From an uncultured Candidatus Saccharibacteria bacterium (GTDB lineage: Bacteria > Patescibacteriota > Dojkabacteria > SC72): a stretch of 64,000 nucleotides of DNA. The translations under genes were made by a program, and so were the position numbers. The stretch spans positions 1,348 through 65,347 of the forward strand of contig CAYZNW010000001.1 in NCBI GenBank assembly GCA_964480345.1, in the 5' to 3' direction. Under the pieces are notes generated by a model. The model was not told where the DNA came from. It worked only from the letters and a program-made list of their open reading frames with translations, and did no database searches. Of the stretch, positions 38,414 to 48,649 are shown in pieces (positions within the stretch are counted from its first letter, which is position 1; each line of letters opens with the position of its first letter).

Positions 38414-38881
38414 TTACTCATCATCTTCCTCCTCTTTTACATGAACCTCTTCAGGATTAATCAAACCTGTATTCAAAGCCCAGAAGAGAGAGTAAAGACC
38501 GTAAGCCTTCTCAAACATTTCCTCCGCCTTCTCTGTATCACCTCTACCAAGATGTTTCGTCCCATACTCCATGATTCGATAGCTTGCTGCTAAGAGATGT
38601 TTAGAGATACACCAAACCTCTCCTTCATACTCTTTGATAATCATCTTAAGAAGAGATTTTCTCATCTCCCGAATCTCTGCAAGTAATTCATAGTATGCTG
38701 GATTTTCTGTCTTAGCTCCACTAAAGAAAAGATGTTCCTCTATGGAAATCAAGTTCATGATTGCAATACTTAAATCTTCGTCTGCTGACAAATCAAGTTT
38801 ATGATCTTTTTTCAAAGAGTCATATTTCTCAACAAGCTCATTAACTTCGTCCATATCAATCTGTTTTTTCTTTTTGTCCAT
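38414..38881 (-). CDS. Hypothetical acidic cytoplasmic protein
   Basis: ORF only. Confidence 0.35.
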   Translation of the reverse strand: MDKKKKQIDMDEVNELVEKYDSLKKDHKLDLSADEDLSIAIMNLISIEEHLFFSGAKTENPAYYELLAEIREMRKSLLKMIIKEYEGEVWCISKHLLAASYRIMEYGTKHLGRGDTEKAEEMFEKAYGLYSLFWALNTGLINPEEVHVKEEEDDE

Positions 38882-38907
38882 AAAGCTAATATTAGAAATT
38901 AGTTGCC

Positions 38908-39969
38908 TTAGTATACTATTAGATAGAAGATTATTGTAGTTATGAGTAATGCAAGCAAAGGTATCTCTACTTTTTGGAAAGGAATAAATACCCTGTTTCT
39001 GTTTATTCTTAGTAATGTTTTGTGTACTTTCTGTCCAATTAAGAAAGAAATAGATCCTACTGTTATTCCAACTAAAACCTTATCTATTCCCCAGATAGTA
39101 TTTAATTCATGACCTAATATACCTGATAGTTTTAACGACACAAGGAATAGCAGTACTGTTAAAACAAAGAGGAGAAAGGAAAGTACATTCACATTGGAGG
39201 TCTTTTTCTTAAATTTCGATTTAACAAAATTTATTAACCAAAGAGCTGAGGAGCTCATTAATCCTCCTATCCATATTCCTGATATGGTGTCATCTATGCC
39301 TAAATATCTTGATATTCCTACTCCTGCTCCTACAGCTATTGTACATACTGGACATATGGCATATGCAGGCTTTGTTAAGAAGAGAAAAGAAAAAGAAAAT
39401 ATAGCAACTAAAATCATTTTGATGCTTTTACTTCTTCCTATCTTTTTTTTCCCTTTTTTCGTGTCAGATTGTCTAAGTAAGTAACCAAATAGAGGAAGAA
39501 CAAGAAGAAATATAGATATCCCAACTATTAATTTCTCTGTATTTTTCTTTCCTTTCTCATCAACAACCCTCTCCTGCTCTTCTGGTAGTACCTCCCCATT
39601 AGCCATAGAGTTTAACTTCTGCATAATACTATCTACAGAGCGATAGCACTTACCATCTGCATAAAGCATTGGAACAGTCGCATTGTTAGAATTTATTCCA
39701 CATATATCTAACTTCTCTTTGAAACTTTCAAAATTCTCAGTACTTTCTCGCACCTCTATATGGCTAATTTCAACCCTCTTATCTAACCCTTCATCAACTA
39801 TTTTCTCTTTCACTTCTAAACAGTATTTACATGTTTGACTCAAATACAAGAGAGGCTGTTCTGTGCTACTAGCTCGTACTTCCCCTATTCCCAATATTAT
39901 TAAGAAAGAGAAAAACATAATTAAAGATAGCGCTTGAAATGCCTTCCTTCTAATATTTATTTTAAGCAT
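38908..39969 (-). CDS. Membrane protein: extracytoplasmic glutaredoxin/thioredoxin-like CxxC domain fused to polytopic domain with intramembrane CPVC
   Basis: Signal/TM; SQTCKYCLEVKEKIVDEGLD (CxxC); C-terminal 5-6 TM with AICPVCTIAVGAG. Confidence 0.4.
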   Translation of the reverse strand: MLKINIRRKAFQALSLIMFFSFLIILGIGEVRASSTEQPLLYLSQTCKYCLEVKEKIVDEGLDKRVEISHIEVRESTENFESFKEKLDICGINSNNATVPMLYADGKCYRSVDSIMQKLNSMANGEVLPEEQERVVDEKGKKNTEKLIVGISIFLLVLPLFGYLLRQSDTKKGKKKIGRSKSIKMILVAIFSFSFLFLTKPAYAICPVCTIAVGAGVGISRYLGIDDTISGIWIGGLMSSSALWLINFVKSKFKKKTSNVNVLSFLLFVLTVLLFLVSLKLSGILGHELNTIWGIDKVLVGITVGSISFLIGQKVHKTLLRINRNRVFIPFQKVEIPLLALLITTIIFYLIVY

Positions 39970-40039
39970 GCTAAGTATTCTACATTATTTTACATTTACA
40001 TAGTATACTGTATGTATCTAAATTATTTTTTTCATATGT

Positions 40040-40858
40040 ATGGAAGAAATTAAAAAAGATAATTTTTCAGAAGTGCGAGAAGAAAGAGAGAAGGCGCCAT
40101 CAAAGAATCGCTGGAGTGCATTCTTAATTGCCCTTATGTTTCTCATAATCTTGCTACTGGTTGGATATATTGCATATCAGAAAGGATATATTAAATTTAC
40201 ACTAAATCCTGCGAAACAGGAGAAAGAAGTAGAGAGTAAAACAGAGGAGAAGAAAGAAGAAATAAAACAGGAAGAGGTCAAACAGGAGGAGCAAGAAACA
40301 ATTAAAAGTTCAGTTTACAATGGGAAATATTTGACAGCAAAAGTTCCTGAAGGATGGGATATATCTGAATACATAGATAGTGAGGGTTCAGCTCAAACAA
40401 GTGTTCCTCTCAAAGGTTTAACAGAGTTAACAATTTACAAAGGAGAGGGATATGCACTTTCTTTTAAGGGTATCTATGGGATAGGTTTTGAAGGTTGTCC
40501 TGAGTTACCACATTTTGAAGATAGTTCTTCGGCATATGAGAAAGAGCAGAATGGATACAATGAGGAGATATACGGACCTATTAAATATACTAATTACAAG
40601 AATTCTGACTATGATGAATTTACTTTACTTGGTCAAAGAGTAAGGCTAGTAGGTACGAAATTGTTCTATGATACTATCCCAAACAATAACTATTTTGAGC
40701 CTCAGTGTGCATCGGCATTTATGAATCTAAATTGTTTAGGTTATACGGGTGATGGTACAAACAAGATTAGTAGTTATACATATAACTTTGCTCCAAATCT
40801 TACAGATCAAGATATACAGGAGTTAATATATCTACTAAGTAGTATAAAAGTGAAGTAA
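40040..40858 (+). CDS. Hypothetical bitopic protein (TM + Lys/Glu-rich linker + globular domain)
   Basis: ORF only. Confidence 0.35.
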   Translation: MEEIKKDNFSEVREEREKAPSKNRWSAFLIALMFLIILLLVGYIAYQKGYIKFTLNPAKQEKEVESKTEEKKEEIKQEEVKQEEQETIKSSVYNGKYLTAKVPEGWDISEYIDSEGSAQTSVPLKGLTELTIYKGEGYALSFKGIYGIGFEGCPELPHFEDSSSAYEKEQNGYNEEIYGPIKYTNYKNSDYDEFTLLGQRVRLVGTKLFYDTIPNNNYFEPQCASAFMNLNCLGYTGDGTNKISSYTYNFAPNLTDQDIQELIYLLSSIKVK

Positions 40859-40878
40859 AGGTTCAATTTTGAATTGAT

Positions 40879-41364
40879 TTAGAAACTCCTTAATTGGAAG
40901 ATTCGAAATTCTTTCCAATCACCTGATGGTAGGTATGAAGAGATATCCTCTCCCTTACTCTTCGCATCTAAATAATCTCTAAACTCTTTTAGAGTCATTT
41001 TGCAATTAAAATGAAACCAATAGTAGTCATACCAGCTCTTAAACAATTGACCGTAACAAAACTCTACACCCTCCTGCTCTCCTTGAACATCTGTTCCAAA
41101 TTTCCTTGTTTGATATATACAGAAGTCTCTAGCATATCGATATCCCTCTAAAATCTCTATATATTCATCATTACATTTACCTGGTAGTTCGCAACGGATT
41201 CTCTTTCTACTTTCCCATACTTTATCATCATATTCCGAGATCTTATGATACAACTCTACTTCATTTAATAGTTTGATCTCATCTGGATTTTCTATAAATC
41301 CTGGATATATTCCTAATATTTTTTCTTGTTTTCTATCACTTTCGCAAGACTCTTCTATAGACAT
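40879..41364 (-). CDS. Hypothetical Cys-rich cytoplasmic protein
   Basis: ORF only; 9 Cys. Confidence 0.35.
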   Translation of the reverse strand: MSIEESCESDRKQEKILGIYPGFIENPDEIKLLNEVELYHKISEYDDKVWESRKRIRCELPGKCNDEYIEILEGYRYARDFCIYQTRKFGTDVQGEQEGVEFCYGQLFKSWYDYYWFHFNCKMTLKEFRDYLDAKSKGEDISSYLPSGDWKEFRIFQLRSF

Positions 41365-41556
41365 ATGCAGAAGAAATAAATTAGGTTATTTCGATAATGG
41401 GTAGTATCTCTATTATATACAAAGAGATAACTTTTTCAATTCTTAACCGACATTGAAATAACCATACTACAACGATATAATAGCGCTAATGTCCTGGTTT
41501 AATACCAGCTCATTAACAATAGAAGTAATAGACCCTTAACCAACATAGGAGGAAAA

Positions 41557-42762
41557 ATGAACAACAATCGTATTTTTATGTCTCTTCTACCAACAACAAG
41601 TTTCCTTAACGAAGATGGCACATTTAATTTAAATGCTGCCCTTATGTTTTGTGGACTAACTGGTGGAATCTGCTACAGCCCTGATGGCTTCGAAGCATTA
41701 AAAACAGAAGACAAAGAGGAGACACTTAAAAGAGTTAATAGAACTCTTAATAGTGGACATCATAGTCTATATGATCACCCTCAAATATCTTTAGAAATTA
41801 GTAACATACCTAAGATATTAGCAATGGTGTTAAATAATGAGCACCAGTACACAACAAGTGAGAAATCAGGTAGATATGTAGATATGTCAGAAGCTGCAGA
41901 AACAGAAATAGAGAAAGAACTCTACAATAAATAGATACCCAAATTTACTGAGATGGTTACAGAAAGATATGGAGGGAGATTAGCTCAAGGTAAAATTGAT
42001 AAATTAGCATTAGAAAATGCTAGATATTTTACTTCTGTCTTCACTCCAACAAGTATGATATACACAGTTCCATTTGGGCAACTTAACAGGATTGTTAAAT
42101 GGTTGGGAGATTATCAGGAGTGGAAAGAACATCCGTTAAATAAAAGGCTAAGTCCATATATAACTGAATTTGTAGAAGTATTAAAAAAGCTTAATGTTCT
42201 TGAACCCAGGTTACAAACCAATGAAAAAGAGAGAAAGTTATCTCTTTTCGCAACAGAGGAAGAAACTATGGATTGGGAGAGCTGTTTCGCATCAACCTAC
42301 TCCATTTACTATCCTGGGAGTTTCGCTCAACTAGCTCAGGCACATAGGCATAGAACTTTAGATTACAGCATGTATATTCCTCGGAGATTCGAAGCTTTTA
42401 TACCTCCAATACTGGATCATTTTCCTGAAAACAAACAGATGTGGACGGAGGACATGCAATTAGTCAAAGATATTTTTCCACAAGGACAATTGGTTCACAT
42501 ATATGAACAAGGAAATTTGGAAAACTTCATACTTAAATGTAAAGAGAGACTTTGTACTCATGCGCAACAAGAAATAATGAGGCAAACTCAAAAAACATTA
42601 AAACAGTATGTCGCTACACGTCCATCTCGTAAGGTCAGATCTAAAGTTAAATCTTATGAATTGACGAGATATTTGGATGGAGCAAGATGTACTTTTCCAG
42701 ATTATACTTGTTCAGAACCGTGTGGTTTTGCTGAAGGAATTAATCTCACAAGAGATATTTAA
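41557..42762 (+). pseudogene. ThyX-like (FAD-dependent thymidylate synthase fold) gene interrupted by a single in-frame TAG at 41932-41934; catalytic RHR replaced by EHQ
   Basis: SGHHSLYDH...IPKILAMVLNNEHQYTTSEKSGRYVD aligns with ThyX HGHETPFEH...ARQWFRHRIASYNELSGRY; ORFs 41557..41934 and 41953..42762 share a frame, separated only by TAG. Confidence 0.35.
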
Positions 42763-42869
42763 TTCTATACCGTTAAGGGATAAATGGAGGCATATCCTCT
42801 TTCACTATTACTTCTATTTATCCCTCACTGATCCAAAAAGTATGGTTATCTACAACTCTTAATCTTTCC

Positions 42870-43589
42870 TTATTCTTCTGACACATCTGAAGATTTACTA
42901 TTTTGGATTTGTTGATCTTCCAAATATTTATTTAAATAATTCGTCCACTCTGGAGCGTTTTCCTCTTCAAATAGATGACGTAAAATTTCGACAATAATTT
43001 GATGACGATCTTGTGCTTCGTTTTTTCCTGAAGTTGTCATCATTAAGTATTTTAGTTTTAATATTTTTTCAAATATGTGACACACACTACTATCAGCACA
43101 TTTTCTGGTATATTTATCCGCGGTCATATCTTCTATTGGAAATATATTCCTATCAAAGAAAGGTTTCCCATTCTTCATAGAGTATGTATAAACCCTTAAG
43201 ATACCATTGATTCCAAGAGCATCACACATATCTGCATCTGACACAATCTTTCCTTCAAGAGTTTTGGGTCTATTCCCTTTTAATAAATTGCTATAACCAA
43301 TACTACCTAGTTCTTCCAATACTCGATGTTGTATATCATCATCTATTTTAGCTTCTGACATAATCTTCTTAGCATTCCTTAATTCTTCTGCAGATTCAAA
43401 ACCAAAAATCTTATAATCATCTACATCATGTAATAATGCTATCAATGAAACAATATCTTTATTTGCATGTTCTTTTTCAGCAAAATTTAAAGATAACTGT
43501 AAAACCCTGTTTATATGATCCATTCCATGCCCTGAATTGTCATTACTTAACAAATTCGAAACTCTATCTTTAACTATTTCTATAATCAT
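42870..43589 (-). CDS. HD-domain phosphohydrolase
   Basis: HGMDHINRV...LIALLHDVDDYK (H...HD motif). Confidence 0.8.
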   Translation of the reverse strand: MIIEIVKDRVSNLLSNDNSGHGMDHINRVLQLSLNFAEKEHANKDIVSLIALLHDVDDYKIFGFESAEELRNAKKIMSEAKIDDDIQHRVLEELGSIGYSNLLKGNRPKTLEGKIVSDADMCDALGINGILRVYTYSMKNGKPFFDRNIFPIEDMTADKYTRKCADSSVCHIFEKILKLKYLMMTTSGKNEAQDRHQIIVEILRHLFEEENAPEWTNYLNKYLEDQQIQNSKSSDVSEE

Positions 43590-43679
43590 TTTGTTTCCTT
43601 TCTAACAATAAAAAATCAACTCGATTACTGAGATTGATTTGTATTTAAATATTCTAATTAGTTAGAATAGAAAGTTCAC

Positions 43680-44089
43680 TGGTGGAGACGATGGGAATTG
43701 AACCCATGTCCAAAAGCGTCATCTAGCACCATATACAAACATATCCAATCTTGTTTAGTAAGACATATCTAAAAGATTAGACAAAAAATATATCCCCTCA
43801 GTTATACTTTTCATTTATTTACCTTACTGACCAGATAAACAAATATACCCTAGTAACGACTATCTAAAACCTCTAACTAGAGATAAAGATAATAGACATT
43901 AACCGAAATTAATCAGTTAAACTTAAGCAAAGTTATAGTTATAAAGTGGAGCTGAAACAGCTGCTTTTAACTGATTTGCAAAAGCGACGATTTTGTTTTT
44001 TACACTTATCATGTGTGTTAAGAATATCGAACTTAACAAACGGTTTGTGATAACTAGAATCAAACTCCTGTCGAAAGCCTGACGTCCCC
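43680..44089 (-). ncRNA. ssrA: tmRNA (SsrA)
   Basis: 5' GGGGACGTCAGGCTTTCGACAGG and 3' GGACATGGGTTCAATTCCCATCGTCTCCACCA closely resemble B. subtilis tmRNA ends; internal tag ORF gca aat cag ... aac ttt gct taa. Confidence 0.85.
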
Positions 44090-44128
44090 ATATTGATAAA
44101 GAACAGTAGTATTATACCATTTTTATAC

Positions 44129-44842
44129 CTATTTATGAAGCTCCTTATGATATCTCCAATGCCAAGGTTCATAAGAAATACCAAACTCATTATCTTTTGG
44201 ATATGACTCTTTAAAACCAAAATCCTCACCATTATCTAAAAGCCACCTATACTCGGCTGTATTCTCAAATCGCCTATCATCATTCTCGTTTGGAATCCCA
44301 TCTGTAGTTACAAAATCAATAGCCATACTATCTGCAACACAATGCTCACTATACCCTGGCATAGCCACTCGCTTAATCGTATCTTCTATCTTAAAATCAT
44401 ACATATTTAAATAGTAAACAAACAGAAAAAGCTGATATGCAGGAGAACGATACCCAGACCCTACTAGAAGTCTCTTCCCTATATCCTTATACATTTGATT
44501 ATTCATCCTCTTGTAGGCTTTATACACTTCCTTAGACAAATATCTAACTCCTATTTCCTCAAAACCCTTCTCCGTATCTACTGTATATCTCTGCTCTTTT
44601 ATCTCTACTAAACCTTTTGGAACATCTTGTATTCCCACATACTCTCCTTTAAAACCATATTCTGTAGGATTAATTGTTAAAAGTTTTTTTAGGAAAGTAA
44701 TCTCCTCCCTATTCAAAAAGCCATAGACTACATCTAAATCCACTATAGAAAATTTCTCTCTTCTTGTTGCAAGAATCTTCTCAAGAAGAGATTTCGTTAA
44801 CTCTTTCTCTTTGTTTGAAATATCAAAGCTTTTCTTTTTCAT
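44129..44842 (-). CDS. Peptidase M15 (VanY-like D-Ala-D-Ala carboxypeptidase)
   Basis: SEHCVADSMAIDF and EPWHWRY zinc-site motifs. Confidence 0.75.
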   Translation of the reverse strand: MKKKSFDISNKEKELTKSLLEKILATRREKFSIVDLDVVYGFLNREEITFLKKLLTINPTEYGFKGEYVGIQDVPKGLVEIKEQRYTVDTEKGFEEIGVRYLSKEVYKAYKRMNNQMYKDIGKRLLVGSGYRSPAYQLFLFVYYLNMYDFKIEDTIKRVAMPGYSEHCVADSMAIDFVTTDGIPNENDDRRFENTAEYRWLLDNGEDFGFKESYPKDNEFGISYEPWHWRYHKELHK

Positions 44843-44858
44843 AACTAAATATGAAATA

Positions 44859-45359
44859 CTACTCTATTCGGTTCTTTAAGGTATTAAGAATACTGTTTAG
44901 AAGATTAGAGTACTCCTCTTTACTTACTTTACCATCAGCATTTGCTGCAAAACCTAAATCTTTTCTTATACTCTCATATGTTCTTCCATTTCCTAAATCT
45001 TCTCTAAAACCAACAGTATCTATTCTTCCATCTTCCAAAACTCTATTCGCAATCTCAACAGCTCTATCCAAATTACCACCTGTTTGCTCTATGTATTTGA
45101 GAGTACCTATATGGGAAGCAATGAGGAAAGATGTAACTATCTCTGCATGATCTAATCCTTCACTCTCCACACCTACAGATTTAAGAAACTCTGATTTCTG
45201 CGTATCATATTTTGCAGAGTAACTAGAAGCTCCCTCCCCTGTATACTCGATATTCTCAACAGGAAGTACAACTTCCCTAATATCTTCTACAGTTAAGGAC
45301 AATTTTAAATTCTCTGTCTCATAGCTAGAAGACTCAAACTCATTGAAACTATTTTCCAT
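44859..45359 (-). CDS. Hypothetical protein
   Basis: ORF only. Confidence 0.35.
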   Translation of the reverse strand: MENSFNEFESSSYETENLKLSLTVEDIREVVLPVENIEYTGEGASSYSAKYDTQKSEFLKSVGVESEGLDHAEIVTSFLIASHIGTLKYIEQTGGNLDRAVEIANRVLEDGRIDTVGFREDLGNGRTYESIRKDLGFAANADGKVSKEEYSNLLNSILNTLKNRIE

Positions 45360-45435
45360 AATATATGTTAAAAATAATTTAATTTTACATATATAATTAT
45401 ATCACTCTAAAGGAAATTCTTAATAGTCAAAAGTG

Positions 45436-46179
45436 TTAGTAAGCTTTTCTTCTACTGTACTCCCACATACCAATACTCGTAGCAACAGAAAGGTTAAGAG
45501 AATCAATATCTTTAGAATGTGGAATATATACACTCTCTCCTAAACCTTTCTCAATATCCCTATAACTTTCATCCAAACCTTTACCCTCATTACCCTGTAT
45601 AAAAGAAAACGGTTCCTTGAAATCTACATCTAAAATACTCCTTGCACCATCCAACATGAAAGGATACATATTATGCCCCTTGTAAGCCTCTGTATACGCC
45701 TTAAAACTCTCGAAATACATAAAGTTGATTCTAAACAACGCCCCCATCGTAGATCTAACTACCATAGGATCAAAAATATCTACTCCAGGCTTAATAATTG
45801 CTAAATTCTTAAAACCAAAACCACACATACTTCGTACAATCGTACCTAAGTTACCAACATTACTAGGATTAACTAAAACAATATGATTCTCATCACTATT
45901 CAAAGAAGTCTCATATTTTTCAAAAACTCCTACTACATAGGTATTCTCTTTAAACGCAACCCTATCTATAGCCTTACTATTCACCTTATACGGAATATTC
46001 TCTTTCTTACATATATCTAAAATCTCTTTAACACCATCACTCTCAATACCCTCCTCTTTAACAAGTATTTCAACAACCCTCTCTTTTTGAAACTTCAACA
46101 AATCTAAAACAGGATAAGCCCCAAAAGCATATGAAAAATCAAACTTCTTCTGATATCTTTTTAACTTCGGTAATTTCAT
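45436..46179 (-). CDS. SpoU/TrmH-family RNA 2'-O-methyltransferase
   Basis: NPSNVGNLGTIVRSMCGFG, IQGNEGKGL SPOUT motifs. Confidence 0.8.
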   Translation of the reverse strand: MKLPKLKRYQKKFDFSYAFGAYPVLDLLKFQKERVVEILVKEEGIESDGVKEILDICKKENIPYKVNSKAIDRVAFKENTYVVGVFEKYETSLNSDENHIVLVNPSNVGNLGTIVRSMCGFGFKNLAIIKPGVDIFDPMVVRSTMGALFRINFMYFESFKAYTEAYKGHNMYPFMLDGARSILDVDFKEPFSFIQGNEGKGLDESYRDIEKGLGESVYIPHSKDIDSLNLSVATSIGMWEYSRRKAY

Positions 46180-46193
46180 CTCAACATTATACC

Positions 46194-47093
46194 CTATTCT
46201 TCATCCTTTTTACCTTTTTTCGTACCAATCAAATTCCATTTCTCATTTCTTAAAGTCATATATGCCTCCTCTACTTTCTTCTTTGTATACTCAATCTCTT
46301 TCTGATTCTCAATTTCTTTTAAATACAGCTCTCTGATACTGTTCAAAAAACCAAATAGCAAAGCAATATATCCAAAGAATTGAGCTAGTACAGAAAGATT
46401 TACCATATGTTCTACTTCTAAGTTCAAAAATGGGATGTAGAAGATTTGTGAGAGTAAGAAAAACGATATTGCAAAGATTACCCAGAAATCAATATCTTCA
46501 TATTTCCAATCTTTCCTAAAGAAATACCCAAGTAGAGATACTAAAAGGAAGATGAATCCTGTTACAGAGAGGATAATTGCCATATACTCTTCATTGAAAT
46601 GTTGTCCAAAAACCAGATATACAATTAATGATGAAAATAGGAGGAATATGAAGAAGATTCCAAAAACTCTTGATTTCTTACTTTGATTCTCACCTGTATA
46701 TGTTCCAAAGAAGAAACTTGAAAAGAGTAACAAGGAAAGAAAGGTTTTGGAAAGTATTGTTCTTAATGAATATACGCTATCTGTTGTAGCAAAGAGATCG
46801 TTGAAATTAGCAATACTCATTAGTAAGGAAACAATATCTAAGATACCCACTCCCAAAAAGCCAATACCTAGTAAGAAATATTGTAAAGACTTTTTCTGAG
46901 TAGAGTATCTAAGTAACGAGATTATTCCTGTAAATATTGCAAAGATTCCAGAGAGAAGAACTATGAAGCTTCTAAAATCTGTAATCCATTTTAGTCTGCC
47001 TACAAATATTGCAAACAGTAAGAAAGATGCTACTGTTAACAGTAGAACTAAGAACTGTGTTTTTGTATGTTCTGTAGATAAAGTTTTTTTCAT
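46194..47093 (-). CDS. Polytopic membrane hypothetical protein
   Basis: 7-8 predicted TM helices. Confidence 0.4.
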   Translation of the reverse strand: MKKTLSTEHTKTQFLVLLLTVASFLLFAIFVGRLKWITDFRSFIVLLSGIFAIFTGIISLLRYSTQKKSLQYFLLGIGFLGVGILDIVSLLMSIANFNDLFATTDSVYSLRTILSKTFLSLLLFSSFFFGTYTGENQSKKSRVFGIFFIFLLFSSLIVYLVFGQHFNEEYMAIILSVTGFIFLLVSLLGYFFRKDWKYEDIDFWVIFAISFFLLSQIFYIPFLNLEVEHMVNLSVLAQFFGYIALLFGFLNSIRELYLKEIENQKEIEYTKKKVEEAYMTLRNEKWNLIGTKKGKKDEE

Positions 47094-47110
47094 TATTTTA
47101 ATATGATAAA

Positions 47111-47689
47111 TTAATACATATATTTAGTAAACGATATACTCACATTTCTTTCTGCATACGGAGCACATATTGTAATATTTCCTAAACCATCTTGAGATAT
47201 GTAATATCCCGTACCATTAATAGATCTGTTTTCTGGGTCAGATGGAATAGACAGTACTCTCTCTTTCCCACTTTTATCTTTTGCTATGGAGTTAAGATTT
47301 ACAAGACCTGTACAATCGTACGGTCCGATCTTGCATATTTCGTTTCCTGCAGTCATACATTGAGGAGATATTAATACTTCTTTTGGTATTTCATTATTAT
47401 CTTTGGTATAGGATTGTATAGATGACAGTATCATTGATATATCCGCCTGTCTTCTTGAATTTCTGTTTTCTGAACCCTCTTTATTTGGATTGAAGAATAG
47501 ATAGACTAGGAAACCTACTACAAAGAACGCCGAAAGAACAACTAATATATCAAGAATTGAGAATTTGGTTTTATGCTCCTCTACACTTTTAACTTGTAAG
47601 GGTTTTTCTAATGATTGATTTCGAGGAATAACTACCTTGTTTTGTTCTGGTTTGGGCATGTTCTGTTCCATATTTAGATAAATATACAA
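47111..47689 (-). CDS. Hypothetical bitopic protein
   Basis: ORF only. Confidence 0.35.
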   Translation of the reverse strand: MYIYLNMEQNMPKPEQNKVVIPRNQSLEKPLQVKSVEEHKTKFSILDILVVLSAFFVVGFLVYLFFNPNKEGSENRNSRRQADISMILSSIQSYTKDNNEIPKEVLISPQCMTAGNEICKIGPYDCTGLVNLNSIAKDKSGKERVLSIPSDPENRSINGTGYYISQDGLGNITICAPYAERNVSISFTKYMY

Positions 47690-47867
47690 GAGTTTTTGAG
47701 ATAGTGCTAGATGGTAGGATAACCTACTATCCTATAATTCGATAATATACAAATATAGTGTTTATCTTTTCTCAAAATATTGGTATATAGGCACTTTTAG
47801 TAAGAAATAGAAGTTGTCCACAACTTAGTATAAGTGTGGATTAAGTAGAACTTGGAAAATATGAGAA

Positions 47868-47954
47868 CGGAGGGAGAGGGATTCGAACCCCCGATCTGGA
47901 AACCCAGATAGAGCTTTTCGAGAGCTCCCCTTTCAACCACTCAGGCATCCCTCC
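47868..47954 (-). tRNA. tRNA-Ser (anticodon CGA)
   Basis: GGAGGGA acceptor, long variable arm, anticodon stem GAGCT/AGCTC with loop CTCGAAA, T-loop GGTTCGAATCC. Confidence 0.8.
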
Positions 47955-47965
47955 GAAACTTATAC

Positions 47966-48646
47966 CTATACCTTCTCCAAAGGAATATATTTACCGTATG
48001 TTATTTCATCTAACCTACTCTGTTTTCTAATATCTTTATACATTAACTTGTCTTGTAACAATACAAAAAGAGCATCTTTATCTTCCTGTGAAGAAATTAA
48101 AAACAAAACTCTAGGAATATTTAGCTTAGTCTCTACAATCAAAGAGTAATATTCAGATGTTTCCTTCTTACAAAAATAGAAAGAATCAAGCATATACCAC
48201 TCAAAAAGCTTATCATATGACTCTATACCTCTTGCAGTAATCTTATTACTGATTGTAATAGGTTTTGTTGTACCAGATACATACAGAAGAAATAGGACAG
48301 CAATCACTGATCCCATCATCAAGTAATGTTTCAATATTGCTAAAAGTAGGATTAAAACAAGAGATAAAGCAACTATCATCAAGAAATTCTTGTTACTGAA
48401 TTTTAATTGATATCTATCAGGAGATGACCACTCAAAAAGCTTAATATTCTGAACTACCTTTCTGTTCTGTACAGGGTCCTTCTCTATCTCTACATCCTTC
48501 TCTATTATCTCTTTCCTTCTCTTGTTCTTCATCTCTTTAATAGCATTCTTTTTCATCTCACTAATCTTCTTATCTCTTTCTCTCAGACTCTTCTCTCCAG
48601 AGATAATGTCATACAGTGTATTTATTTCTTTTTTCTCATCTTTCAT
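47966..48646 (-). CDS. Hypothetical membrane protein
   Basis: ORF only. Confidence 0.35.
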   Translation of the reverse strand: MKDEKKEINTLYDIISGEKSLRERDKKISEMKKNAIKEMKNKRRKEIIEKDVEIEKDPVQNRKVVQNIKLFEWSSPDRYQLKFSNKNFLMIVALSLVLILLLAILKHYLMMGSVIAVLFLLYVSGTTKPITISNKITARGIESYDKLFEWYMLDSFYFCKKETSEYYSLIVETKLNIPRVLFLISSQEDKDALFVLLQDKLMYKDIRKQSRLDEITYGKYIPLEKV

Positions 48647-48649
48647 GCT

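Noticed and set aside
43939-44232. 97-aa ORF on the minus strand
   Set aside because: Falls inside the tmRNA gene (43680-44089); the tmRNA is translated only through its short internal tag frame.
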